From an uncultured virus (IMG/VR IMGVR_UViG_3300043438_001944) (Duplodnaviria; Heunggongvirae; Uroviricota; Caudoviricetes), in the IMG/VR virus record IMGVR_UViG_3300043438_001944, positions 51,692-71,691 of that record: a stretch of DNA of 20,000 bases; one strand, written 5' to 3'. Position numbers and translations under genes: made by a program. Of the stretch, positions 13,153 to 20,000 are shown one piece after another (position 1 is the stretch's first letter; each line of letters opens with the position of its first letter). Below the pieces are notes generated by a model, which had not been told where the DNA came from, searched no databases, and saw nothing but the letters and a program-made list of their open reading frames with translations.

Positions 13153-14184
13153 TTAATTATCAGGTAACGCATTAGGGTCATTTAATGCTCCTCTTTTACT
13201 TGAAGTACCACCACTATTATTGTTACTATTACTATTACTATTTCCACCACCTAAACTAGGTATACCACCACCTAAACTAGGTACACTACTCCCTCCATTA
13301 AAAAATCCACACAGAGTTGAACTTAATCGACAAGCGACTACTCGTAAAGCATCCATCCCTGTTATTCCACCAACAATAACTGCCAAAAGTAAAATACCGA
13401 GAGCCCAACCAACGGCACCCTTTGCGGCACCAAGTACTAAACCTCCTTTATTTAAAGTACCTATAACAGTATTAAACCAATTTGATACTTTTGGGTCCGT
13501 TCCCTTAGGGAATCTAGATAAATATTTTTCCGTATTTGTTAAAAATTGAGCTTGTGTTACACCATTACAGTTTAATTGTAACCATTCCACTATCATTTTT
13601 TTCTTTTTAGGGTCTTTTAATAAAACACTAAAAACAGGATCAACCTCAATTAGTTTCAACATATCGTCAGCCATGACTTTAGATCCCAAATTACTACCAA
13701 ATCCACCTGTTGCATTTGGTTTTGGTTTTGGTGTTCCTGATGTGTTTGGTGTTCCTGTTCCCGTTAGTTTTGGTTTTGGTTTAGCGTTCTTTAATTCATT
13801 TGTAAATATTGTTCTAAATTCTGTACCATCTTTTAATGTTCTTGGTAAAAGTGTGGAAATTTCATCCGCAGTCATTCTACCAGAGGCAACAGCATCAATT
13901 GATTTACTAATTGTTGACATCGGTACCCTAGTACCGGCTCTTGAAAGTATAAAAACTTCTCCCGTTGCATCTGCAATTATATTTGTTGCACCTTTACTAA
14001 ATAAAGATTCTAAATTTTTAACAACATCATCACCAAATGAAGCCTCCATTTTATTAACCAATCTACCACCCAAATATTTTGTTAATAATTTGGCCAATGG
14101 ATTCTCATTTATCAATTCTTTGGTTGACTCACCTAAAAGTCTTTTTATTCTCCTAATTTCCTCTTCAATTAAATGTTTCTTCAT
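13153..14184 (-). CDS. Hypothetical probable virion-associated membrane protein, 343 aa
   Basis: N-terminal LIEEEIRRIKRLLGE amphipathic segment, Pro/Lys linker, hydrophobic Gly-rich segment, low-complexity G/N/S tail. Confidence 0.8.
   Translation of the reverse strand: MKKHLIEEEIRRIKRLLGESTKELINENPLAKLLTKYLGGRLVNKMEASFGDDVVKNLESLFSKGATNIIADATGEVFILSRAGTRVPMSTISKSIDAVASGRMTADEISTLLPRTLKDGTEFRTIFTNELKNAKPKPKLTGTGTPNTSGTPKPKPNATGGFGSNLGSKVMADDMLKLIEVDPVFSVLLKDPKKKKMIVEWLQLNCNGVTQAQFLTNTEKYLSRFPKGTDPKVSNWFNTVIGTLNKGGLVLGAAKGAVGWALGILLLAVIVGGITGMDALRVVACRLSSTLCGFFNGGSSVPSLGGGIPSLGGGNSNSNSNNNSGGTSSKRGALNDPNALPDN
13244..13283. repeat. Tandem 19-nt repeat with 21-nt period (PSLGGG x2) within the CDS
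   Basis: CCACCACCTAAACTAGGTA at 13244-13262 and 13265-13283. Confidence 0.8.
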
Positions 14185-14188
14185 ATTT

Positions 14189-15133
14189 TTATTTCTTATT
14201 TTTAATTCCTAATTTATCATTAAGTTTTCTTATATTTTCTTCTTCTTTATTTCTCTCCACTGCGTCATATGTCTGATCATATGCAACACCCGCCGCCGTG
14301 TACCCTGCGATGACCTTACCTGTATTTTTAACTCCTTTAGTTATGTTAGTTTTAACTATTTTATTTTGAGCTTGATTTCTTGCGGCCTTAATAGATATTT
14401 CTTTTGCCGATTTTTCCATTTGTGCTTGAATCAATTGTCTATTTTTTGCGATACCTTCTAACACTTCAATCTCTGTTGGATTTAAAGCTTTAGACCCTAT
14501 CCTTACTTTAGCCGCCAATGATGACATACCAGAAGTTCCTAATTTTGCAATTCCAGGTATTGCCTTACCAATGGTTGGACCAACAACGGGTAACAATGAG
14601 AACATTAACATCAATCCAGCAGTCTTAGTGTCCCCTTCATCATAATATTGTTTAGCATCGTACGCCATAATTCCTGAGGATATTGCCACATTAAGAAACG
14701 GTACTGGAATTGCCAATGCCGCAATACTTAAAATTGTATTACGAGTATGTGGATTCATGTTTATAATTGAATTCACAAGTTCTCTATTTTCTCTATTTGA
14801 TTTTACCGCAGCGTCATATGTCCCGTAACGTCTATCAAACGCCAAATCATTTTGTTCCTTTAATGGATTACCATGCCCCCTCGTTAATTTACTACCAACC
14901 ACATCAGACCATTTACTAACCGATACTTGATTACCCGGTCCTCTCTCTATCCCACTCTCCCATTTACCCACTTCAGGATAACCCTGTCCTCCACTTTGAT
15001 TGGTGGAAGTTCCAGCTGTTGGTTGTGCCGCAGTTGCGTCACTTGATACATCTTGTTCTTGTACTGTAAGTCGTTCATTTACAGATTGTTTTATTAAAAA
15101 ATTCAGTTGTTTTTCACTAAGCATCATTTCCAT
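14189..15133 (-). CDS. Hypothetical probable virion-associated protein with hydrophobic hairpin, 314 aa
   Basis: N-terminal MLSEKQLNFLIKQ; two hydrophobic segments around YDAKQYYDEGD; GATATTTATA 4 nt upstream. Confidence 0.8.
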   Translation of the reverse strand: MEMMLSEKQLNFLIKQSVNERLTVQEQDVSSDATAAQPTAGTSTNQSGGQGYPEVGKWESGIERGPGNQVSVSKWSDVVGSKLTRGHGNPLKEQNDLAFDRRYGTYDAAVKSNRENRELVNSIINMNPHTRNTILSIAALAIPVPFLNVAISSGIMAYDAKQYYDEGDTKTAGLMLMFSLLPVVGPTIGKAIPGIAKLGTSGMSSLAAKVRIGSKALNPTEIEVLEGIAKNRQLIQAQMEKSAKEISIKAARNQAQNKIVKTNITKGVKNTGKVIAGYTAAGVAYDQTYDAVERNKEEENIRKLNDKLGIKNKK

Positions 15134-15214
15134 GTTCTATAAATATCTAAAAAAAAGTTTGAATTCTATTGCTATATCCCAAAAAATACCTAATTTTGTG
15201 TAAAATATAAAGAG

Positions 15215-15790
15215 ATGAAGAAGATATTAGTGATTTTTATAATACCATTCCTATTTGGGTGTGAAAAGTATGAGTTAATTAGTCCTCCGAGTTTAAGTGG
15301 TGGTAAATGGATTTTAACGGATTACGATGTAACCGTTATTAGTTCTATTAGTGATGTTAAGGTCATTAAAACGGATACCGTTTGTATAACTTCTTTTAAT
15401 TTGCAACAATTTACCAATAATGGTGTCATTATGAAACAAGACTATAATAACACACAAATAGACCGCAGATTTATAAGGGGTAAAACCACGTGGGAATTTG
15501 ATGGTTCAGGTAAATCAAACTTTTATGAATTATTTTGTAATTACAACCAAATGCCAGGAATTGTAAAACCAAACCCGTTCACTGTAGATTTATCAATTTA
15601 TGATAAGAATTTGGCAATATATAACACAACAAACGGCGCGGTAACAAATTACACATATCGAGTAAATGATGTTGGGTATCCAAGAACATTAACACTGTTA
15701 AGTCCACCGATTGTTACCGATTTATACATGTCTAATGGTTCAAGGGATAAAGCGGCAACTGTTAGAATTACCTTGTATTTTATGAGATAG
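15215..15790 (+). CDS. Putative lipoprotein, 191 aa
   Basis: MKKILVIFIIPFLFGC lipobox; GKWILT motif reminiscent of lipocalin-like Bacteroidota lipoproteins; TTG-N19-TAATTTTG (15191-15198) promoter upstream. Confidence 0.8.
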   Translation: MKKILVIFIIPFLFGCEKYELISPPSLSGGKWILTDYDVTVISSISDVKVIKTDTVCITSFNLQQFTNNGVIMKQDYNNTQIDRRFIRGKTTWEFDGSGKSNFYELFCNYNQMPGIVKPNPFTVDLSIYDKNLAIYNTTNGAVTNYTYRVNDVGYPRTLTLLSPPIVTDLYMSNGSRDKAATVRITLYFMR

Positions 15791-15791
15791 T

Positions 15792-16163
15792 CTACTCTTC
15801 GTAGATATTTGGGTCAATCTTTGCATACATTTTGATGTATTGACCTGCTTTGGCGTTTGCTTCATCCTCAATCTCACCCCCAATATCGGGTGGTTGTGGT
15901 CCGTCTAAACGACCTTCTTCAAATTGTTTGTGATGTACCAACTCATGGGCCACACTTCTCATTATATCGACTAATGCTCGATTCTTACCATATACCCTTA
16001 CTATCTTGTTTTCTTTCGTGTAATCGTAATGTGCGGTGGTTTTAAGACCATCTCTGTTAGCTTGAATAGAAATGGTGGGAACTTTTTCAATTTCCAATTC
16101 TTTTTTAACAAATTTTACAAAACTGTTAAGTTTATCTTTTTTATCGTCGTTAAGAAATCCCAT
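15792..16163 (-). CDS. HExxH zinc-metallopeptidase-like protein, 123 aa
   Basis: VAHELVHHKQ with downstream EDEANAKAG (third-ligand motif). Confidence 0.75.
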   Translation of the reverse strand: MGFLNDDKKDKLNSFVKFVKKELEIEKVPTISIQANRDGLKTTAHYDYTKENKIVRVYGKNRALVDIMRSVAHELVHHKQFEEGRLDGPQPPDIGGEIEDEANAKAGQYIKMYAKIDPNIYEE

Positions 16164-16174
16164 AGTTATAAATA

Positions 16175-16414
16175 TTACAAACTTTGTTCTTCGGGTAAAT
16201 CATTTTCTTCCCCGTACTCCCTAATCAAATCAATCACAAAATCTTCATCGATTTCATCTAAATCTTCCTCTTCCATTATTTGAGGTGAGTAATAGACAAT
16301 ATCTTCATAAGTGAGTCGTAAAATTCTGTAGAAGTTATCTCCATCCTCTTCAGTCGAAAATTCAACGTACAATGTCCTATTGTTATCGTTGTAAAGGTAT
16401 TCGTGTATAATCAT
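16175..16414 (-). CDS. Small acidic hypothetical protein, 79 aa
   Basis: ORF track; D/E-rich; tandem with the HExxH gene. Confidence 0.75.
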   Translation of the reverse strand: MIIHEYLYNDNNRTLYVEFSTEEDGDNFYRILRLTYEDIVYYSPQIMEEEDLDEIDEDFVIDLIREYGEENDLPEEQSL

Positions 16415-16506
16415 GTAAACATTGATAATTATATTACTTTTTTACAAAAACATTTTTTTCTTATTAAACAATACAAAAAAGAATAAAAAAGGTTATAATT
16501 AATTAT

Positions 16507-16827
16507 ATGGATTGGTATACCGTTGAATATTTGTACCCCGATGGGTTTAAAAAATTTACTGAAAAAATGTTTCCTTATGTTGGGGTCGTGAGTCTAAGCA
16601 CATTAGAATTTTATGATATTAAGAAACTATATAATTTTTTTGACAAAGAAGGAATCTATCTAACTATTGAAATGTATAACCTCAATCAATGGGTTTTTAG
16701 TATTTCACTACAAAACGGAATTGTTTTAGGACCCAACCAATCAACCAAATCAAATAGAGAAGACATTGAATATGATGGATTTTTAGAGTGTTTTAAATTA
16801 TTGAATAAGAAATTAGAGAATGTCTGA
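16507..16827 (+). CDS. Hypothetical protein, 106 aa
   Basis: ORF track; A-rich start context. Confidence 0.78.
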   Translation: MDWYTVEYLYPDGFKKFTEKMFPYVGVVSLSTLEFYDIKKLYNFFDKEGIYLTIEMYNLNQWVFSISLQNGIVLGPNQSTKSNREDIEYDGFLECFKLLNKKLENV

Positions 16828-17137
16828 AGGTATTTATAATATGAATATGTCCGTAAACTTTTTGTTACAAGCCACCAGAGTATTAAGTTTTAACAACTAC
16901 GATGATGATGAACTTAAAATGGTGTATGATTTTATGATTTCCATTGACAATGAAATTTTAAATGATTATAATATGAGTTGTAGTATCATGATATATAATA
17001 ACGATTTAGAGTTATATGTCGAGATATTAGACGCATTAATTAACATTTTTGAAGATAGGGAGGAATATGAAAAATGTCAGTTATTGATAGATAAAAAAGA
17101 AGAGTCATTAATAATTTTAGAAAAAAACACAATTTAA
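16820..17137 (+). CDS. Hypothetical protein with UVR-like C-terminal motif; true start possibly 16841
   Basis: FEDREEYEKCQLL resembles the EEYExAA UVR motif; GGTATTTATA at 16829-16838 sits just before ATG 16841. Confidence 0.72.
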   Translation: MSEGIYNMNMSVNFLLQATRVLSFNNYDDDELKMVYDFMISIDNEILNDYNMSCSIMIYNNDLELYVEILDALINIFEDREEYEKCQLLIDKKEESLIILEKNTI

Positions 17138-17139
17138 TT

Positions 17140-17289
17140 ATGTCAGTATTTGGAATGTCCGAAGAGGAAAAAAAGAAAATTTTGGAGAAACATAAAGAGG
17201 CAACTAAAACCCATTATGTTAAAGTAAACGAAACTAAGAAGGGTTTACAAAAACCTGAAGAAAAAAAAGTAATTAAAAAAACCCCCTAA
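17140..17289 (+). CDS. Small hypothetical protein, 49 aa (MSVFGMSEEEKKKILEKHKEATKTHYVKVNETKKGLQKPEEKKVIKKTP)
   Basis: Manual translation; starts 2 nt after the previous stop; absent from the ORF track. Confidence 0.7.
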   Translation: MSVFGMSEEEKKKILEKHKEATKTHYVKVNETKKGLQKPEEKKVIKKTP

Positions 17290-17306
17290 TTGGGGGTTTC
17301 TTTTTT
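17275..17306. terminator. Bidirectional terminator overlapping two convergent stop codons
   Basis: A run, ACCCCC-TAATT-GGGGGT, T-rich run. Confidence 0.75.
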
Positions 17307-17531
17307 ATTTAAGAATCTCGTAAGAAATATATAACACAACCAAAAACATCCTGAAATAGAATAAAAAATGAAATCGGCTACCCAATACGAACCACTTATA
17401 TCCATTATTAATTTGAATAGGGCGTCGTAACCAAATGGGAGAAAGAACATTGCCAACATTAGCGATGTATCTTTGTATAAAATTAGTCTCTTTTCTTTTT
17501 GAGAGAATTTGTTTTTTATTTTGTTTATCAC
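17286..17531 (-). CDS. Small membrane protein with two predicted transmembrane helices, 81 aa, GTG start
   Basis: LMLAMFFLPFGYDALF and YWVADFIFYSISGCFWLCYIFL hydrophobic segments; GATATTTATT motif at 17592-17583. Confidence 0.7.
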   Translation of the reverse strand: MINKIKNKFSQKEKRLILYKDTSLMLAMFFLPFGYDALFKLIMDISGSYWVADFIFYSISGCFWLCYIFLTRFLNKKETPN

Positions 17532-17591
17532 CGTCGGAATCCATCTATGTTGAGTTAGTAAGTTATGTCAAAAGACTAAAAGAATAAATAT

Positions 17592-19265
17592 CTAGTTTTC
17601 CCTTCTTTCTTCCATTGAGTAATGTTCAAATCTATCATGTTCGGTTGGGGTTGCTAAAAGTATACCAGGTTTAATATTTTCTTTAATTGTTTCTTGATAT
17701 ATGTATGACATCCACGTCTGTTCAAATGGATGAGCCCATTTAGTATCTAAAAACATTTTCTTATTACCTTCTCTTGAAACAACTTGTGGCCAATTACAAT
17801 AATATACATCACCTGATGCATATGGTAATTGTCTATATGACTTAATATTTTTAAACTTTAGAAATGGTGCGGCATTATTATCAGAACTTATTTTTATTGG
17901 ATTTTCAGGAAACAATTGTGATCTCACACCAGCAGGGACATTGTGCCAAGACCATTGTTTTGTGTTATCACCAAAGAACTCACTAAAATTCCATTTCAAG
18001 TAATCAAAATTCTCTTTCCACATAATCTCCATCATTGTATTATAAAAATCTTTTATCTTACGTCTAAACCCATTTCTACAAAATTCATCAGGACCTAAAT
18101 AAAAGAACATATCATCCTCAAAGAAAAAATGATAATCAAACCCATTCTCTTCCGCATGTTCGGATATAAATTGTCTACCACCACAAATACCTATATTATC
18201 TTTTTTAATTTCCTCAAACCCATATTTTTCACATAGACGAGCATACTCCAAATCAGTTTCTTTTTTTATTGAATTATTAAGTAGATACTTTCTTGGTTTA
18301 TTTAAAAAGTTTTTATCATACTCATCAAATGAAATACAAAGTTTTTCAAATTGACTTGGTGAATTATATGTTAAAACATATAATGCGGTGTTTAACTTAT
18401 TATGTGTATTTTGTTTAATTGTTTCCGCCTTTTCTTGTTTTGGAACCAATGTTTCATTTTTAAGATTTTCAAAGAATGTACCTAATAACCCATTCATTTC
18501 TATTTCAAAATATTGAATTAACTCAGGGTATTTGTATGTCATAATAGTGAACAAACTTTCTTCTGTTCCCATTAAACCTTTTGCTAATGTTTCGTTTAAT
18601 AACCCATAATAGATTTCATTAATTCTACTAATTAATGATTTAGGTCCACCAAAAATTCCACCTCTTGCAACCTTATTCACAATACCTTCAGAATACTTAC
18701 ACATTTCATCATACTTAAATCCATGTATTTCCACTTTACCATCATAAGGAAAACAAACAAACGAAAATTTGTTAAGATACTTTGTGAATTTACTAATCAC
18801 ATTGTCTTTCCAAAAATATCCCTCGTGCACCGTATTGGTTAATGCACCATCAACCCAAACAATATTTTCAGAATTGAACGGGTCTAATATTGCGGCATCA
18901 TTTAATAAAAACATTTTAGACATCACAATTGGATTATACATTTCCAATTTAGCTTGGGTACTGTCGACTAACCATCCGGATTGGTTATACCATTCGGGAT
19001 TAATTCTTATTTTTTGAATATTATCATAAATAACGTTATTGTCTTTGAACCAACCTAGTTCTCTAACAATAATCATTGTATTTTCTTTTTTTCTTCTTTC
19101 CTCTACAAAGTTTCTATATTTTTCTTCAATATAGATTATCATATTATCGTCCACCTTTAATAACTTTTCTAAATTATTAAGGTAATGTTGGAATGTCCTA
19201 CTCCAACCTTCTGACAATTCATCTCTTTTAATGTCCCATATTCCCGTTACTATCGTTGTACTCAT
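17592..19265 (-). CDS. Two-domain glycosyltransferase: HtrL/YibB-like N-terminus plus GT-A-like C-terminus, 557 aa
   Basis: TIVTGIWDIKR..YNPIVMSKMFLL..DPFNSE..WVDG and GGIFGG..GTEESLFT motifs; second domain with NIGICGGRQF and FFEDD. Confidence 0.75.
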   Translation of the reverse strand: MSTTIVTGIWDIKRDELSEGWSRTFQHYLNNLEKLLKVDDNMIIYIEEKYRNFVEERRKKENTMIIVRELGWFKDNNVIYDNIQKIRINPEWYNQSGWLVDSTQAKLEMYNPIVMSKMFLLNDAAILDPFNSENIVWVDGALTNTVHEGYFWKDNVISKFTKYLNKFSFVCFPYDGKVEIHGFKYDEMCKYSEGIVNKVARGGIFGGPKSLISRINEIYYGLLNETLAKGLMGTEESLFTIMTYKYPELIQYFEIEMNGLLGTFFENLKNETLVPKQEKAETIKQNTHNKLNTALYVLTYNSPSQFEKLCISFDEYDKNFLNKPRKYLLNNSIKKETDLEYARLCEKYGFEEIKKDNIGICGGRQFISEHAEENGFDYHFFFEDDMFFYLGPDEFCRNGFRRKIKDFYNTMMEIMWKENFDYLKWNFSEFFGDNTKQWSWHNVPAGVRSQLFPENPIKISSDNNAAPFLKFKNIKSYRQLPYASGDVYYCNWPQVVSREGNKKMFLDTKWAHPFEQTWMSYIYQETIKENIKPGILLATPTEHDRFEHYSMEERREN

Positions 19266-19266
19266 A

Positions 19267-19896
19267 TTAAATTTTTTTCTTACAAACCCAAGCTACATTA
19301 TCAAAAATCTCTTTATTATATGTTTCTAAATTATTTTCTTCACACGCATTTTTAATATCGTCGTCACATATCTCATGCCAATTCCATATTTTTTTATATA
19401 CCTTTTCATTAAAGGTTTCGGTGTTATCCGAGTAGTCGTGAGCCATAATGAAATCACCAGATTTAATATACTTTGATAGTATATTAAATTCACCTATTTT
19501 ATAACCACCATCACATAATACTATTGTGATTCCGTCTTCTTTAATGAAATCAATCATTTCTTCCTTAACTATAGAATACCCTTCAGAAAAAATATTTTCA
19601 ATTCTAATGTCAATACCATTATCTCTCATATGACGATAATACGGCATTTCGTTAACATCGAATGAAATTAATTTACAATCTAATTCAAGTAATTTACAAG
19701 TGTAATCTATGAATGTTGTTAATCCACCTATTGATGTTCCAATTTCAATTATTCTTTTTGGTTTTACTTCTCTTAGAAAATTATGGAACGCCTCAAATGT
19801 ATTGGGGTTTTGTTGTGCACCCCACCCATTATAAGTCGATATACTATCGTTAAATTCCAAATTAGATTCTTTATAAACTTTATTTATATATTCCAT
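19267..19896 (-). CDS. Class I SAM-dependent methyltransferase (CmcI/Methyltransf_24-like), 209 aa
   Basis: KPKRIIEIGTSIGG, ISFD, LCDGG and IMAHDY motifs. Confidence 0.8.
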   Translation of the reverse strand: MEYINKVYKESNLEFNDSISTYNGWGAQQNPNTFEAFHNFLREVKPKRIIEIGTSIGGLTTFIDYTCKLLELDCKLISFDVNEMPYYRHMRDNGIDIRIENIFSEGYSIVKEEMIDFIKEDGITIVLCDGGYKIGEFNILSKYIKSGDFIMAHDYSDNTETFNEKVYKKIWNWHEICDDDIKNACEENNLETYNKEIFDNVAWVCKKKI

Positions 19897-19897
19897 A

Positions 19898-20000
19898 TTA
19901 TTCTTTTATTTTATAATTTTCATTTATTTGATAATATAAATCCACACTATGAGGTGTATTGTAGAATGAAAATGGATTATGATTTTCACTTGTTAACCAA
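19898..20000 (-). CDS. C-terminal fragment of an upstream CDS
   Basis: ...WLTSENHNPFSFYNTPHSVDLYYQINENYKIKE*, stop 1 nt before the methyltransferase start. Confidence 0.7.
   Translation of the reverse strand, partial: WLTSENHNPFSFYNTPHSVDLYYQINENYKIKE

Noticed and set aside
17305..17544. Overlapping minus-strand 79-aa ORF with ATG start
   Set aside because: The alternative frame 17286-17531 gives a coherent two-helix membrane protein ending at the terminator; a role for the upstream ATG cannot be fully excluded.
1237..19017. Other antisense ORFs (1237-1506, 2012-2251, 3664-3867, 4242-4427, 8124-8357, 10537-10737, 12200-12385, 13220-13549, 13673-14212, 15000-15203, 15857-16045, 16029-16283, 18769-19017)
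   Set aside because: Each is a shadow of a better-supported CDS on the opposite strand.
1..20000. Stop-codon recoding, suppressor tRNAs, CRISPR arrays or mobile elements
   Set aside because: Genes are intact in code 11 with TAA, TAG and TGA all used as stops; no CTA/TCA/TTA anticodons, no regularly spaced repeats and no transposase or integrase were seen.

Overview
AT-rich window that reads as part of a large (jumbo-type) bacteriophage genome, probably infecting Bacteroidota (several TTTG-N19/20-TAnnTTTG promoters, almost no Shine-Dalgarno sites; standard genetic code). The left 12 kb is rich in stable RNAs: 12 canonical or near-canonical tRNAs in three clusters, a 148-nt tRNA-Asp-like RNA with a 79-nt variable-arm insertion, an ~800-nt GOLLD-like ncRNA, a tmRNA, and several structured inter-tRNA spacers. 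Interspersed CDSs encode a radical SAM/SPASM protein, two SGNH-like proteins, a cupin, a cytidylyltransferase, a metallophosphoesterase and a glycosyltransferase. The right 8 kb holds probable virion/late proteins (one with a peptidoglycan-binding domain), a lipoprotein, an HExxH protein, an HtrL/YibB-like glycosyltransferase and a methyltransferase. Three observations stand out. (1) A leader-peptide attenuator (438-600) whose central codons (MNPQITWNEQPM) match the Pro/Asn/Trp/Gln/Met tRNAs directly downstream, a candidate tRNA-depletion sensor controlling phage tRNA supply. (2) The giant-variable-arm tRNA-Asp-like RNA. (3) A minus-strand small RNA with a 13-nt perfect complement to the Bacteroidota-type 16S rRNA 3' tail. 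All structures were paired by eye; no searches or folding programs were run.
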